64,000 nt of DNA, from NCBI GenBank assembly GCA_964252405.1, contig CAXUNH010000001.1, positions 566 to 64,565 on the forward strand, written 5' to 3'. Below the pieces are notes generated by a model. It ran no database searches, was not told the origin of the DNA, and saw nothing but the letters and a program-made list of their open reading frames with translations. Positions 39,736-47,760 of the stretch are shown piece after piece. A program made the position numbers and the translations under genes. Origin of the DNA: an uncultured Acidobacteriaceae bacterium (GTDB lineage: Bacteria; Acidobacteriota; Terriglobia; Terriglobales; Acidobacteriaceae). Positions within the stretch are counted from its first letter, which is position 1. Each line of letters begins with the position of its first letter.

Positions 39736-40974
39736 ATGAGTTTAAAAGCCAAGATCGAAGCAGTGATTTATGCCTCCGAAGAGCCGGTTACGCTGGGGCA
39801 ATTACTGGGTTTGCTGGGCCAGGAGGCCCAGGCGGAGCTAGATGCTGCGGACGCACTGCAGGGCCAGTTAGCGCTAGGGGCGCCCGAAAGCCTGATGATT
39901 CTGCAGGAGGCAGAGTCCGGCGACCCGGACGCGCTGAATGCGGAGACCCTGGGAGTCGAGGTCTTCGCGGTCGCGGTACCCGGTGAAGCTGCAGAATTTG
40001 CGGCGGACGCAGACACCCGGGCCTCCGTGGCGGGAGGCCTGATGCCCGGTCCTGGCACGAGTTTGGAAAGTGGACCTGCCGAGACTGAAGGCGAGGAGAC
40101 CTCCCCCGCGGAGCGCTCGCCTGCTGAACCCTCGCCCACAGATCCCTCGCCCGCGGAGCTGCGCGCCCAGGAGCGGCGGTTGCGCGAGTTTCTCCGTTCC
40201 GTGCTGGATGGGCTTGTGGCCGAGTACGCCGATGGTGATCGCGGCCTGGAGATCCGGGAGGTTGCGGGGGGCTTCCGCTTCGCGACCAAGCCGGAGTACC
40301 ACGACGCTGTCCGTGGCTTTGTGCGGTCGTTGAAGCCGCCGCTGAAGTTGAGCCTGCAGGCGCTCGAGACCCTGGCGGTTGTGGCGTACAAACAGCCGGT
40401 CACCGCGCCGGAGGTATCGGAGATCCGCGGCGTGGACTCTGGGGGTGTTCTGGGCAATCTGGTTTCCCGCAAGCTGGTGGCAACGGCGGGCCGCAAACAG
40501 GTGATCGGACGGCCAATTTTGTATAAGACCACAAAGGAGTTCCTGCTGCGCTTTGGCCTGAAGGACTTGAGCGAGCTTCCCAGCATCGAAGAGTTCGAGC
40601 GCCTGGCCTCCGACATGAATGAGGCCGTGCAGGAGGAGATTCCCATGCCGGAGCGGCTGGATGAGATGAGGCCCGCCGGGGCTGTGGGGGATGCCGCCCG
40701 CGCGGTAGAACCCATGCGCAACGAGCACGTGGCTCAGGCGGACGGCGTTCCGGATGAGCAGGGCGACGCGGAGCGACTGACGTCCGCTCCGGACGAACCC
40801 GGCGAGTTCACCGGGGATGAGACCGTGAGCCCTGCGGACAACGCGAATATTGACGGCCGCATGTCGGGTGTGCCGCCGACCTACGATCAGCCCGAAGCAG
40901 CGGTCGACTCCCCTGCCCTGGATGCCGAAGTGCAAGCTGGGGAACAGATCGGGAACGCCGGGAGGAACGAGTAA
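39736..40974 (+). CDS. scpB: SMC-Scp complex subunit ScpB with acidic insertion and tail
   Basis: IEAVIYA, EVAGG, LSLQALETLAVVAYKQPVT..E...IRGV, GRP.LY.TT..FL..FGL..L..LP. Confidence 0.93.
   Translation: MSLKAKIEAVIYASEEPVTLGQLLGLLGQEAQAELDAADALQGQLALGAPESLMILQEAESGDPDALNAETLGVEVFAVAVPGEAAEFAADADTRASVAGGLMPGPGTSLESGPAETEGEETSPAERSPAEPSPTDPSPAELRAQERRLREFLRSVLDGLVAEYADGDRGLEIREVAGGFRFATKPEYHDAVRGFVRSLKPPLKLSLQALETLAVVAYKQPVTAPEVSEIRGVDSGGVLGNLVSRKLVATAGRKQVIGRPILYKTTKEFLLRFGLKDLSELPSIEEFERLASDMNEAVQEEIPMPERLDEMRPAGAVGDAARAVEPMRNEHVAQADGVPDEQGDAERLTSAPDEPGEFTGDETVSPADNANIDGRMSGVPPTYDQPEAAVDSPALDAEVQAGEQIGNAGRNE
40101..40160 (+). repeat. Four degenerate 15-bp tandem repeats within scpB (SPAE-like pentapeptides)
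   Basis: CTCCCCCGCGGAGCG CTCGCCTGCTGAACC CTCGCCCACAGATCC CTCGCCCGCGGAGCT. Confidence 0.6.
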
Positions 40975-41180
40975 TGGCCGACTATCCTGTAAGCCCGGCC
41001 GAGGTGCCGGATACCGTTCCGGAAGAGCGCGCAGACTTCGAGGCGACACCCGAGGGCGACAACGAGTTCAACCCGGATCAACCGCTGCCGGGTCCGGGAA
41101 AGATGCCCGCCCCGCCACAGCGTCCGCGCGGGAACGAGCCGCATCCGGATGCGGAGATCCGCCCAGCTCTGGGCGAGTGA
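40974..41180 (+). CDS. Small Pro/acidic hypothetical protein (68 aa)
   Basis: GGAGG RBS; TAATG overlap with scpB stop. Confidence 0.65.
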   Translation: MADYPVSPAEVPDTVPEERADFEATPEGDNEFNPDQPLPGPGKMPAPPQRPRGNEPHPDAEIRPALGE

Positions 41181-41286
41181 GGCGCTTGCCCTCTGTTTTG
41201 TACCCGTCGCCAGGACGGTGTCCGCGAGGCGTCCTCCCGGCGTATCGGTTCAGTGTGACGTGCTGTATTGCGTACACTGGCAGGGC

Positions 41287-43194
41287 ATGAAATCTTCTCT
41301 CCCTCTCTGCATCCTTGCGACTGCGCTCTTTTGCTCCTTTCCTGTTCTCGCACAAACGTCCGGTTCGCCCATCACGCTTGCTGTCGACCTGACCGACGCT
41401 CCCCGCCGCATCCTCCACGCGACGGAAACCATCCCCGCCAGGCCGGGACCCATGACGCTGCTGTACCCGAAGTGGATTCCGGGCGAGCACGGTCCGACGG
41501 GCCCCCTCGAGAACCAGGCAGGATTCCTACTCACCACCAACACCGGCGAGCGCGTGAAGTGGAAGCGCGATCTCGTGGACATGTACGCGTATCACATCAC
41601 CGTGCCCGCGGGCGCGACCTCCCTTACCGCAAAGATGGACTTTCTCGCGACAGCCGCCGCTTCAGGCTTCTCGGCGGGCGCCAGCACGAGCGCGAACCTG
41701 GCGTTGCTTAGCTGGAACGAGGTGATCGTGTACCCCGCAGGCGCGCAGGCTGCTGACGTGATGGTGACACCGTCACTGATCGTGCCGGTGGGATGGCACT
41801 TCGGCACAGCGCTCGAGAACGCCGGTGGCGGGTCTGCAGAGAAGCCGAACTTCAAGACGGTGTCGCTGGAGCAACTGATCGATTCGCCGGTGCTCGCGGG
41901 TCGGTGGTTCAAGGAGATCCCGCTCGCCCCGGACATCCGGCCCGCGCACTTTCTCGACCTGGCCGGCGACGGGCCCGAAGACATCGCACTCTCCCAGGAG
42001 CACATTGACGAGTTCTCAAGATTGATCCGCGAAACGGGCGCGCTGTACAAGTCGCGTCACTACGGGGCGTATCACTTCCTTGTGACGCTGAGTGATCAGG
42101 TGGCGCACTTCGGTCTGGAACATCACCAGAGTTCGGACGACCGCGTGGACGAGAAGACCTTCACGGACGACAACGCGTTCATCGCGAACGGCCTGCTGCT
42201 TCCGCATGAGTTTACGCACTCGTGGAACGGCAAGTACCGTCGCCCGGCAGGGCTGGCCACAGGGAACTATCAGGACCCGATGAAGGGCGATCTGCTGTGG
42301 GTGTACGAGGGGCTGACGGAGTATCTGGGCGATGTGCTGGCCGCGCGCTCCGGCATCTGGAACCCGGCCATCTACCGCGACCGGCTCGCCACGGTCTGGG
42401 GTCAGTACAACGATGCGCGTTCCGGCCGCGAATGGCGTGACCTGCAGGATACCGCCACCGCCGCCCAGATTCTGTACTCCGCCGGCGGACCCTACGACAA
42501 CTGGCGTCGCGCGGTGGACTACTACGACGAAGGCGAGTTGTTGTGGCTTGAGGTAGATTGCACGATTCGGCAGAAGACCGACGGCAAGAAAAGCCTCAAC
42601 GACTTCGTGGCGCTCTTCCATGGGCTCGGCGGCAACACGGCGCCAAAGGTGGTCCCGTACACCTTTGACGATATAGTGACGGCACTGAACACCGTTGTGC
42701 CGAACGACTGGGCGGTCTTCCTCCGCTCGCGCCTGGATGCGAACGAGAAGACTGCGCCGGAGACGCCGGGGCTGAACACTGTGTCCGGCTACAAGCTCGT
42801 CTACAGTGAAAAGCCCGCCTACTGGTCACAGTTGATGGAGTCTGAGGGGAATGCGATTGATGCCCGTTTCTCGCTCGGCCTCGTTGCCTCGAACACAGGG
42901 GCAGTTGGGGATGTCCTCATCGACAGCCCGGCGTATAAAGCGGGGCTGGCACCGGGCTTCAGCATCGTTGCGGTCAATGGACGTGCGTTTCAGGTGCCCT
43001 TGCTGCATGCCGCGATACAGGACGCTAAAGGGCATGGAGCGCCGATCGAGCTGATCGTGGCGAACACCGGGTATTACAAGGTGATCCGCCTTGACTACCA
43101 TGACGGCGAACGATACCCGCAGCTTGAGCGTGTACAGGGCAGCAAGGATGTTCTGGATGACATCCTTGCGCCGATGATCGCGCCAAAGAAGTGA
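41287..43194 (+). CDS. M61 family glycyl aminopeptidase with PDZ domain
   Basis: Signal peptide, PKWIPGEH, LIDSP, GLEH, HEFTHSWNGK, LWVYEG; C-terminal SPA..AGL/AVNG PDZ. Confidence 0.92.
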   Translation: MKSSLPLCILATALFCSFPVLAQTSGSPITLAVDLTDAPRRILHATETIPARPGPMTLLYPKWIPGEHGPTGPLENQAGFLLTTNTGERVKWKRDLVDMYAYHITVPAGATSLTAKMDFLATAAASGFSAGASTSANLALLSWNEVIVYPAGAQAADVMVTPSLIVPVGWHFGTALENAGGGSAEKPNFKTVSLEQLIDSPVLAGRWFKEIPLAPDIRPAHFLDLAGDGPEDIALSQEHIDEFSRLIRETGALYKSRHYGAYHFLVTLSDQVAHFGLEHHQSSDDRVDEKTFTDDNAFIANGLLLPHEFTHSWNGKYRRPAGLATGNYQDPMKGDLLWVYEGLTEYLGDVLAARSGIWNPAIYRDRLATVWGQYNDARSGREWRDLQDTATAAQILYSAGGPYDNWRRAVDYYDEGELLWLEVDCTIRQKTDGKKSLNDFVALFHGLGGNTAPKVVPYTFDDIVTALNTVVPNDWAVFLRSRLDANEKTAPETPGLNTVSGYKLVYSEKPAYWSQLMESEGNAIDARFSLGLVASNTGAVGDVLIDSPAYKAGLAPGFSIVAVNGRAFQVPLLHAAIQDAKGHGAPIELIVANTGYYKVIRLDYHDGERYPQLERVQGSKDVLDDILAPMIAPKK

Positions 43195-43203
43195 TCAACT
43201 TCC

Positions 43204-43416
43204 GGTGGCTGGTTGTTGGTTGCTCGTTCCTGGTGGCGCTGTTCGTTCGTTCGATGCCGTCATCCTGCATGCAGTGAAGGATCTCTGTATTCCGCCCGGC
43301 AGCTTCGGCTGCTCACGGCGAAGACAGAGATCCCGCGCGTTGCTCAGCATGACGGCGTATGAACACCAACAACCAACACCCAGCAACCAGCAACCAGCAA
43401 CCAACAACCAGCAACC
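43204..43416. repeat. Composite repeat: REP-like inverted doublet (43256-43356) flanked by oppositely oriented 7-bp tandem arrays
   Basis: GCCGTCATCCTG...GGATCTCTGT / ACAGAGATCC...CAGCATGACGGC; left GGTTGTT-like heptamers, right AACCAGC/AACCAAC heptamers. Confidence 0.8.
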
Positions 43417-45093
43417 CTACTGCCCCCGCTCGCTCTCCTGAATAAACGCCGCCGTGCGGTCGTGCAGATCATGCAGCGCCTGGTCGTTCACGTACACCAT
43501 GTGACCGGTGGGGAAGAACTTGTACTCGATGTTCTTCTGCAGCGGAGCGGGGATGGGCAGGTGCTTCATCTCATAGGTTGCGGCGAAGTACAACGTCCCC
43601 AGATCGAAGTAGCCGCCCATCAAAAGCACATGCATGTGTGGGTTCACCTTCAACGTGTACGCGAGATCAGGCATGACGTTGGTGAAGGTGCCATCCCAGT
43701 CCGCTCCGCCACCCGGCGGACGATGGTGCATATCCCAGTTGAAGCCGGGCTCGCGCGCACTGGTCTTGTATGTCAAATCACGGCCGAAGTGCAGAGTCTC
43801 ATGGGCGTAGGTATTCTGCGCTGCGAGGATGGCAGACTCTACTGATTCGGTGAACGGGTCGTAATCCGCTTCTTTCTGTAGCGGATCCATCACCGGCCCT
43901 TCATAGCGCGAGTCGAGACGCCCCGTGGTGAGCTCGGAACCTTCCTGCAAAAACTTGGAGAACTCGCCACCGGTGAGGCGAAGGTTGGCCTTGATCCACG
44001 TGGCCGCGGGCACGCCGGTATAGCTCTCCAGCTTTGCGGCTACGGAGGTCTTCCTCCCCGGATCAAGGTCGGCACCCGCGATCAGCGCAGAAGCGTAGTC
44101 CGTAAGCGCAAACTGTTCCACCTCATGAATCCAGGGCTCAAGGGTGGCCGGCTGATTCGCCACCTTGTGGTGGAACCATGCTGTCGCGGCGAAACTGGGC
44201 AGCGCCAGGAAGAAGCCATTCTCATTGCCGGGGTTGGCGTCCGAACCGTCTGCACTGTTCTCAAAGCTCAAAATCTGGCTAAGGAACACGATGCCGTTCA
44301 GGTCGACGCCATGCTGCTGCAGCCTGGCGCCGAGGGCGGCATCCCGCGTTGTGCCGTAGCTTTCCCCGAACAGGTAGCGAGGCGAGGACCAGCGATTGTA
44401 TTTGGTAAGAAAGCGGCGAATGAAGCGGTCAAAGGCAGCGGCATCCTGGTCGATCCCGTAGAAGCTCTTGAATGCGTCCTTACCCTGCACGCGGCTGTAG
44501 CCGGTACCGGGTGCGTCGATGAAGACCAGATCGGCGGCATCGATCAACGACTGCGGATTGGGCGCGATGCGATACGGTCCGCCTACCGGATGCTGCAGAT
44601 CAGGGATCTCCACGCGCACCGGCCCCAACGAGGTCATGCGCAGGTACATCGTCGCCGAACCCGGGCCGCCGTTGTAGAAGAACATGATCGGACGCTTGCC
44701 GGTGTCGGCGCCTTTGGCAAAGTAGGCCGTGTAGAACATATGCGCCGTGGCGGGCTGGTCTTCCGGCTTGGCGGGCACGTCGATTGCAGCGTCCGGCAGG
44801 TACTTGCCATCGAGCGCGAGCATGGCGTCCTGCGGATCCGTGGAACCCACCCCGAGCATGCCGGCGACGGCGGTGTAGACGACCGTCCTGCCCGAGGCCA
44901 GGACGACCGAGGCCTCCGTCGTGCTGTCGGCCGGGAGAGCACTCACATTCTTTCTGTCCGGCGCGGGCTCTACCGTGGTGGTTGTGGTGGTCTTCTCGGC
45001 CGCGCCCGGATGCTGCGCAAACGCAATGGGAAAAGCCAGGGCGGTGAGCGTGGTTATGCCGGCTAGAAGACGCAGAAATGGTTCCGAAGCCAT
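43417..45093 (-). CDS. S10 family serine carboxypeptidase
   Basis: FYNGGPGS, FIDAPGTGYS, GESYG, GYFDL, GHMVY; AGGAG RBS; signal peptide. Confidence 0.92.
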   Translation of the reverse strand: MASEPFLRLLAGITTLTALAFPIAFAQHPGAAEKTTTTTTVEPAPDRKNVSALPADSTTEASVVLASGRTVVYTAVAGMLGVGSTDPQDAMLALDGKYLPDAAIDVPAKPEDQPATAHMFYTAYFAKGADTGKRPIMFFYNGGPGSATMYLRMTSLGPVRVEIPDLQHPVGGPYRIAPNPQSLIDAADLVFIDAPGTGYSRVQGKDAFKSFYGIDQDAAAFDRFIRRFLTKYNRWSSPRYLFGESYGTTRDAALGARLQQHGVDLNGIVFLSQILSFENSADGSDANPGNENGFFLALPSFAATAWFHHKVANQPATLEPWIHEVEQFALTDYASALIAGADLDPGRKTSVAAKLESYTGVPAATWIKANLRLTGGEFSKFLQEGSELTTGRLDSRYEGPVMDPLQKEADYDPFTESVESAILAAQNTYAHETLHFGRDLTYKTSAREPGFNWDMHHRPPGGGADWDGTFTNVMPDLAYTLKVNPHMHVLLMGGYFDLGTLYFAATYEMKHLPIPAPLQKNIEYKFFPTGHMVYVNDQALHDLHDRTAAFIQESERGQ

Positions 45094-45204
45094 GAGGCGA
45101 AGGGCTCCTTCTTTGCTGAAGAGGATGTGATTACTGTACGCGAGAGACCGCCACACGGTCCGAGGTTTCCGTTCGGGCGGTTCCTCTTGATCTCCCGGGG
45201 CCAC

Positions 45205-45771
45205 TCAAGCAGTCCGCATGCTCGGCAGCGCGAGCGCCAGCGCCTCGTCCACGCTCCCGGCGACCAGCAGAGCCCCGCGGTTTCCTCGCAGCATGCCCTC
45301 TGTCTCACACACTTCGAGAAACGCAAGCATCTTGTCATAGAAGCCAGCGACGTTGACCAGCACCACCGGCTTTGCGTGCAGCTTCAGCGTCTGCCAGGCA
45401 AGCACTTCGAACAACTCCTCAAAGGTGCCAAACCCGCCAGGAAGGATCACGAACGCATCCGCGAGTTCCCCCATCAGACGCTTGCGTGTGTGCATGGTGT
45501 CCACCACATGCAACTCCTGGACTCCCTTGTGAGCGATCTCTTTGTCGACGAGCACGTGCGGGATCACGCCGACAACATGGCCGCCGCCCCTAAGCGCAGC
45601 ATCCGCCACCGCGCCCATCAAGCCGATATCGGCGCCGCCGTAGATGAGCCCGATCCCGTGTTGCGCAAGTAATTGCCCGAGGGCCCGGGCTGCCTCGCGG
45701 TACTCCGGGCGCGCGCCCTCCGCAGCGGCACAAAAGACTGCAATCTTTGGTCCTTGTTGTTGGTTCTCCAT
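45205..45771 (-). CDS. LOG family nucleotide monophosphate nucleosidase (TIGR00730-like)
   Basis: YGGADIGLMG, MHTRK, PGGFGTFEE. Confidence 0.92.
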   Translation of the reverse strand: MENQQQGPKIAVFCAAAEGARPEYREAARALGQLLAQHGIGLIYGGADIGLMGAVADAALRGGGHVVGVIPHVLVDKEIAHKGVQELHVVDTMHTRKRLMGELADAFVILPGGFGTFEELFEVLAWQTLKLHAKPVVLVNVAGFYDKMLAFLEVCETEGMLRGNRGALLVAGSVDEALALALPSMRTA

Positions 45772-45827
45772 GCCTTCAGCATAGCGGGGCGAGTGGTGGA
45801 CGATGTTTCGGGAAACCTCGTGAGGTT

Positions 45828-47123
45828 CTAGAGAAGAGCCTTTACGAACTGCGGTTCAAGCTCCCGGTCAGGACCGAAATGTTGCTCTGCGAATCGCAGT
45901 GCGTCGGCTTCGCGTTGGCCGCGAAGAGAGTCGTCCGTGAGCAGTTGCACGATGGCCGCCGCGAACGACCCGGCATCGTCGGCCACGCTGACCGCCTCAG
46001 GCGCCCAGGCTTCCAGGCCCTCGATCCCCGTCGCGGTGGATACGATGGCCTTCCCGAAACCGAGCGCCTCCAGCAGCTTGATCTTGATGCCGGTGCCCAG
46101 CAGCAACGGCACCAGGCAGACCGCGGCGCGCGCATACTCCTCTTCCAGAGACGGGACCTTTTCCAGCAACTCAACGCCGAGCGATTCGAGATGTACGGCG
46201 CGTTCGCCTGCATCGATTGCCAGGCCTACCGTGCCGGCGATGGCCAGCGTGGCTCCCGGAACCTGCGCACGCACGCTGGGCCAAACGGCTTCGAGGAGGA
46301 ACTGGAGACCGGTGCGATTGGGAGCGATGTTGGAGCCGACGAAGAGACAGCGCCCGGCGATCACCGCCTCCGGATCGAGCCTTCGCGCATGCAGCACAAC
46401 CGGCGTAACCACAACGCTTGCGCCCACGCGCGAACGCACCTCCTCGGCCTCGCGCGGCTGCGACGCGAGCACGGTGTCTGCGCCTGACAGCCAGTGCATC
46501 TCCTCAGCCTCCGTGATTGCGGGCATATCCAGTGGTGTTCCGCTCTCCGCAAAGCGCCGCGCGCGGGCCGAGAGAAGATCGTGCATCAGGATGGCGCTGC
46601 GCCGGGCTCCGAGCCGCCGGTCATGGAACAACGGACCCCACAGGCAATAGTTCCCAATGACGGCGGTCGCCGCGGCCCTCTCCGTTTCGCGAACGGCCAT
46701 CTCACATTCCGCGGGCGTGGGCGGCGTGAGATCCCAGGCCCCGGTATACAAGGCAGGGCCGTAGAGACGGTCCAGGAGCTGCTGCAGGGGTCGCATCCAG
46801 GGCCTTCGAGCGGCCAATCGCGAAAGGGCCCGGGCCCAGGCCTTCGGGCGAAGCGGAAGAAGGTACAGCGACCCAAAACGCAGGTAGCCGGGAAGGCGCA
46901 GCGCAATGCCCTCCGGCACCGGGGCCACGGCGCGAAAGAATAGCCGCGGCGACCGGCTATAGGCCGTCGTGGCAACCAGTGTCACGTCCGCACCCTGAGC
47001 CTGCAACAGGCGCAGCAGACCGAAGATGTAGGTTGTGCTGCCGCTCCGTTCATGAATCACCGGATCCCGCGTCAGGAACACGATGCGGTTCTTTCCCGCG
47101 GGGCGGGCGGAGGGCGTAGGCAT
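45828..47123 (-). CDS. Glycosyltransferase family 4 protein
   Basis: HD, FVGS, PN..GL..L, GTGIKIKLLEAL..GK. Confidence 0.87.
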   Translation of the reverse strand: MPTPSARPAGKNRIVFLTRDPVIHERSGSTTYIFGLLRLLQAQGADVTLVATTAYSRSPRLFFRAVAPVPEGIALRLPGYLRFGSLYLLPLRPKAWARALSRLAARRPWMRPLQQLLDRLYGPALYTGAWDLTPPTPAECEMAVRETERAAATAVIGNYCLWGPLFHDRRLGARRSAILMHDLLSARARRFAESGTPLDMPAITEAEEMHWLSGADTVLASQPREAEEVRSRVGASVVVTPVVLHARRLDPEAVIAGRCLFVGSNIAPNRTGLQFLLEAVWPSVRAQVPGATLAIAGTVGLAIDAGERAVHLESLGVELLEKVPSLEEEYARAAVCLVPLLLGTGIKIKLLEALGFGKAIVSTATGIEGLEAWAPEAVSVADDAGSFAAAIVQLLTDDSLRGQREADALRFAEQHFGPDRELEPQFVKALL

Positions 47124-47202
47124 CGGTCTGATTGTAGCGAGGCCTGGGAGATGCACATCGCGAGCGCAGAACACGCTTCCGCGCTCGCGACGGCTGCAGG
47201 GG

Positions 47203-47547
47203 TTAGCTGATGACCAGCGTATTGCCCTTCAGGACAGCGCTGACCTTGGTGATCACCGCGCCCGGCGCACCCTGGGAGGTGCCGCTTACGGCAACGATCT
47301 CGGCGCCCTCCTGAAGCTGCATAGGCAGGCTCTTCCCTGCCGGGATGGTGTACTGCTGTTCCCCGGACTTCAGCACGACCGCGTTGCCGCCATCGTTGCG
47401 AATGCTGAAGCGGATCATCTTGCCCGTGGGTGGCTGGTCGGTGCTTCTGCGGTGATGAAAGGGGGCAGGCGGCGCCGCATAGGAGCTGTCGGCGGTGGAG
47501 ACGGTAAGCAGGGTAGCCATGGCGATTGCGAAGATGCGACGGTGCAT
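47203..47547 (-). CDS. Hypothetical secreted protein
   Basis: GAGG RBS; signal peptide ending SSYA; beta-rich. Confidence 0.7.
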   Translation of the reverse strand: MHRRIFAIAMATLLTVSTADSSYAAPPAPFHHRRSTDQPPTGKMIRFSIRNDGGNAVVLKSGEQQYTIPAGKSLPMQLQEGAEIVAVSGTSQGAPGAVITKVSAVLKGNTLVIS

Positions 47548-47760
47548 AAGATTGACCTCTTCTTCTGGCGTTGGGTGCTCCGGCTGCCATGGTTCAGCCC
47601 GAGGCCAATTGCCACCCCGGTATACGCAGCGGATCGCGAAAGGTTCGGGCTGTTCACACGTTTTCCTTCGATCTTCTTTGCGAATCTTTTTGCGTCCTCC
47701 GCCCCGTTTTGCAGCGTTCTCTCTTTAACAGCCCTAGCGTGGCAGCCGTAGAATGGAGGT

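Noticed and set aside
43363-43416. Tandem repeats as a possible CRISPR array
   Set aside because: 7-bp units without spacers and no cas genes
47574-47616. Minus-strand hairpin with ATGGCAGCCGG resembling the c-di-GMP-I riboswitch 3' half
   Set aside because: GGCAAAC and GNRA-tetraloop stem not found; treated as a simple leader hairpin
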